Source of the DNA: Strigamia acuminata
Lineage: Eukaryota
Reading direction: 5' to 3'
Assembly: GCA_949358305.1 (NCBI GenBank)
Contig: OX442314.1
Location: 13,144,001 to 13,208,000, forward strand
DNA: 64,000 bases
Part shown: piece by piece, positions 59,665 to 64,000 of the stretch
How positions within the stretch are numbered: position 1 is the stretch's first letter
Layout: each line of letters opens with the position of its first letter
The notes under the pieces: generated by a model
What the model was told of the DNA's origin: nothing
The model's database searches: none
What the model saw: only the letters and a program-made list of their open reading frames with translations
Program-made: the position numbers and the translations under genes

Positions 59665-59724
59665 TTAATGGCGCTCTTAAATATCGAAGATGATCGTTGG
59701 ATCAAAGTTTAAGAGCGCCATTAA
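59665..59724. repeat. 60-bp hairpin with a 17-bp perfect inverted repeat and a hammerhead-core fragment in the loop
   Basis: ttaatggcgctcttaaa / tttaagagcgccattaa flanking tatcgaagatgatcgttggatcaaag. Confidence 0.8.
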
Positions 59725-62700
59725 CGGCTCCATGTCTGTGCTTTTGTTAGCGCCAACTTTGATACTCAATCTTGACACATCGCAGGAACATCACACCTAA
59801 TTTTGTACATAAAAGCGGACAATTGCGCAGATGGGCATAAACTGGTTTCTGCTGTGTTTCCATTTGTCGAATGCAGCTATTATGTTTTAAATTGAGTGTT
59901 GTACAAGTTAGTTTGAAAAGCTAATTTGGTGGCATGTAATTGAATGAGTATTTAAGAATGGGTGGGTAATACTTAACGAGGAAGTTAATGGTCATTCTTT
60001 GCAAACAACATTCTTGGAATTCCCACCAGGCGAACGTGAATGAAATGGTGGTTATTATGATGGTAATTTATCATTCTCACCACTGTCATTTTGAATGAGA
60101 AGCTTCTATTATGAGAACATTCTCGTCATGTTAATTTTGACACGTTTTTTATAACCGCCCTAATATTTTTATTTTTCCCTCTCTGTTGTGAGAGTGACTG
60201 GTGGCGCGAAGTGAGTCGATTTCATTTCTGTGGTCGTGCAGCGAATCCTAGTGTTGGATTCCTCAATTGTATTACGAAAACAGGGTCTCGTCTTACATCT
60301 AGGAGGGATTCGATACGGACTCGATGCAATTCCAGCTCGGGGTTATAATGAATAGACAAAAAAAAAACAATTTATAAAATCGTGGGAGGAGTTAAATTAT
60401 TTATTGGAAAATAAGAAGAAAAAGTTTGAACTTTACAAGACGCGCAGAGTGAGATAAAATTCTTTCCCGTACTGTGCCGAAATGCACTTTTTCAAGATGT
60501 TTTTTTTTGTAGTGAAATTGATCTCTTACATGACAAATATGGAAATTCAAGGCGTGTTATTAAATTTTGCCATCGGTGGCAAACGAGAGAGAGAGAAGAG
60601 AACGAGCTATGTGTTGCACGAGCTGTAGACCCCATCTAATTACGAAGTGAACGTTGAGCAATGCAGCACGGAAAACCAATAGATTGTGGGTTGGCCAAGT
60701 TTATGTACCGCAGGTGAATTGCTGTCGACTCTCATCTACACTACCTGGATTACACAAGCTGAAACAATGAATACACCAATTACTAGCGAAGTGACAGATT
60801 AAACTAAATAAATAATCTCAATCAAGTGCAACTAATTAATTTGCGAGTAATTAGTGAACACAATACTTGAGATTTAAGACTTAGTTTTATCTATTTCAGG
60901 GGTAATTGGTGCTGATTCAAAAAAAAATTTCTACCTCTTTACTACAGAAAATGCAATTTTTTTGCTAAATTAAATTGACTTGGACGCAAAGAAGATGGAC
61001 AATCGGCAATAGACAGAAGTATCTACTGCGCATGAGCACAGCAAGTTCAGTAATTTGAGAAAATTCTTGCTCGTGAACCAATAGAAAATGAGTGTTGGTG
61101 ATCATTTTGATTAAGAGTTTGGCCTTAAACGCTTTGGAAAGCGGCGAAGGATGGAGGGGAAACAATAAAATGGAATAATAATTGAACGCAGCTATTAAAA
61201 TTTGGAATTTTGGTGAAGAAAGCTGGCTTGGTTGGCGAGGCAAAACCCAATTACTTTAATTTAGAATTTATTTTATTTTAAAAATTTTACGAGGTTTTTA
61301 CGCCATAAAAATGCGGAAAGGAAATTTTAAGAATACTTTGGGTTTTTATTGCATTTTGTACAAATTTTATGCCCGATTACACCCTGTAGTTGTGAACCTG
61401 TCAAGCCCACATTTATTTTCTGATGGGCTTATTTTGTGTCTCGGTAATTATTAAGCAGGAGAAAAGGGGTGAGGAAGTTTAGACATTAGCACGTCGTCGT
61501 GTGCAGCAAAATGTTTGCTCATTTACTTGTGTTGTGCATGTGGCGATGCCATCTCGGGTGTTGTTGCTCTTAATGAACGGGAAAGAGAAGGCCAGTCTTG
61601 TACATGGCAACAGCTGTAATAATCAAAAGAGTAGAACACGAGAGAGAGAGAAGTCGCGTTAGAAAATTCCAACCGGTATATATATGTTTATATATAAACA
61701 TAAATGCAATTCTTTTATTGTTTTGTGATGACTAAGTTATGGGCGAAGAAAAACAAGGTTGTAAAGTTGCTGTCTCTTACATAACATTTTCTTTATCTTC
61801 TTATTTGTCGTTGCATTATGTCGATTGCCATTTTCCAAGTGGAACACTCAGTTGCCTTTATATGACGTTTGAACATTTTCCAGAGAGATAAATTTGTTAT
61901 AGTTGACTGAAAGATAAGATAAAGTTGAACCACAGTGTGCAACTGTGTTTGCAATTAAAAATATTGTGAATAAAAGCAAGAAAATGTTGAGTAAAACCTT
62001 GGAATAAATCGATTGATTGCGCCGTGTTCTTGTCTGCTGTGTTTTTGTTGTTGTTGTTGTTGTCATTTTAGCAACCAATATACGTCAAACTGAACATGTG
62101 TGAGAGAGAACCAGGGTCGTCTTGCAAGAATTAATGAACGTTTGTTTTGGACATCGGGGTAGGATGCGGGTATGTTTATGTAAAGACAGATGTCTTTAAA
62201 CATTTGTTCTGTAAATCACAAAATAAAATTGTCAAGTTAGAGTCATTTTCTTTATGGTATGTGTCCATTAAGGGAAATACGACTGGCAACTGTCGAAAGG
62301 CCTTTGGAGATATATCGCGAATTTAAATCTCTTAGAAAAACACCAAAGTGATACGCATTTGAAATAGAAGTATAACGACATCAATTAAGCCTTTTTTTTG
62401 TTTCTAAACGAAATTGAAAGCGCCTCACCTACGTTTATTGATTCAATCAAGTCACAATGTGCTTTGGACCAATGCCACGAGTTACCTGGTGCTATAAAAA
62501 TAAATATACGAATGAACTAGTTTTCAAACCAGCACATAATAAAAAGAAAAATGTGTATATGGATGGATTGGGTTTAGATACTCAAGATTTGGTCGTCAAA
62601 ACAGCAGGGTCAGTAAAAATTATCACTGCACCCTAAAAAAAAACCATCAAATGCAACGTAACTTTTTTATCTTTTTTTAATTTCTTTTAAAATTAGTTTT

Positions 62701-64000
62701 GTTTATTTCTGATTGATTTAATTTAGATTTGAACACAATTCCGCCAGTTTTTTCGCTTATCAATTAATTGCCTTCGTTATTTCCCGCTATTTTATTTTTT
62801 GGGGGTATTTGATTGTGTGAAGTACTAGTGTAATTACTTTGTTATTTTTATTCGCTTCTCTTTGTCCCACAGTATATTTTTTTTTGGTTGGCATCACACA
62901 TGTACCTAGTCTGTCCAGCACAACGGTGAAGCTGAAGGAACGGCCGTTTCTTTCCCGTCCTTTTCACGACTTTCATGGCACTTTTATAGGCTATCACAAA
63001 GCGTGGCGATGAGGTTGTGGATATTCTGTCCCATAAATGTCCACCAAAGAGGATAAAAAAAAAAGATTTTTCTTGGGTTTATAAATAAGATGCCCAGAGA
63101 GAACACTCCAATATTGTTCTTGTGAGACTTTAAAATTAATTCCGATTGAATTGTAGTATAATGTAGAAAAATTAATTTTTTGGGGGTTCAAAGTGGAGGA
63201 AAAATTGCGTTTTGTTCTCGTGTTCTCTTGTGGGGTGAGTTTCTTGAATGGCTTTAGTTATAGGATCTGCTGAATATCCAGAAAAAAAATAAAACAGTTT
63301 AGTCAGCAGGATTTTTTTTTTTTTTTTTTTTTTTTTACCTTTCTTTTGAGAATAGTCTTAGTTTTGGTTGGGGAGTTAGACACAATTCACGTTAATGGCA
63401 ATCGATTTTTAAGAAGAAGGATCCGTACGGTTGCATGTCGATTTTGCTTGCTTCCATTTCTCTCGGATGGCTCACAAGTGCTGCGACGCACAATCGTATC
63501 GTAAAGTTGAGACAGGATGAAGCAAAAAAATAAATCAAAATAAATACACATCAACATAATGACTATGTTTACATGCCAGGAAAATTTGCGGTGGTGAAAT
63601 ATGTCATCATAGGGCGAAACCAGTGTTTACGTAACATCAAATACACTGCTGGTTTGATAAGAAAATCAATCTCGGTCATTTTGATGCACGGTGGTTTATG
63701 TGATAAACATTTTAATCGCGTGTGTGAAAGTTTGAGATTGGCGGCAGACGCATTCCACGCCAGTCGCCAAACACACAAATATTTACTCGTAATTAGCCGA
63801 GAGAAAATTGTAAAATGAAGGTACAAGCGGCTGATTTGCCAGTGTTTATCGGGCTAATGTCAGTCACATCTAGGCTGACATGTGATGAGCATTCTTAAGT
63901 GCACTTGTGACTCCGGGAGGAAACAAACATTTTTTTGTCTGTTCTTTCTTTCCTTTGTATAGACGAGGAGGGAATGATTGATTTCCTGTATAAGCAGAGG

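Overview
AT-rich invertebrate (arthropod-like) eukaryotic genomic DNA. The species cannot be assigned from the sequence. The window covers the 5' part of an alpha-neurexin gene on the + strand. One clear coding exon (15287-16271) encodes a signal peptide, the first laminin-G/LNS domain and EGF1. The intron that follows appears to run past the window end (>47 kb). Inside that intron lies a complete, apparently very young BEL/Pao LTR retrotransposon (22098-28457) with identical 480-bp LTRs, a TAAAT target-site duplication (TSD), a tRNA-Phe primer-binding site and one intact 1771-aa polyprotein. The rest is non-coding and carries many MITEs (Tc1/pogo, hAT, piggyBac-like and Harbinger-like), two minisatellites, a 5S rRNA-derived fragment and degenerate Penelope-type minimal hammerhead ribozyme motifs. 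Three observations stand out. First, a MITE family has terminal-inverted-repeat (TIR) arms that differ from copy to copy yet stay mirrored within each copy. Second, the retrotransposon has a C-run where the polypurine tract should be, and its stop codon lies inside the 3' LTR. Third, several hammerhead remnants are scattered through the window. All alignments were made by eye and no database search was run.
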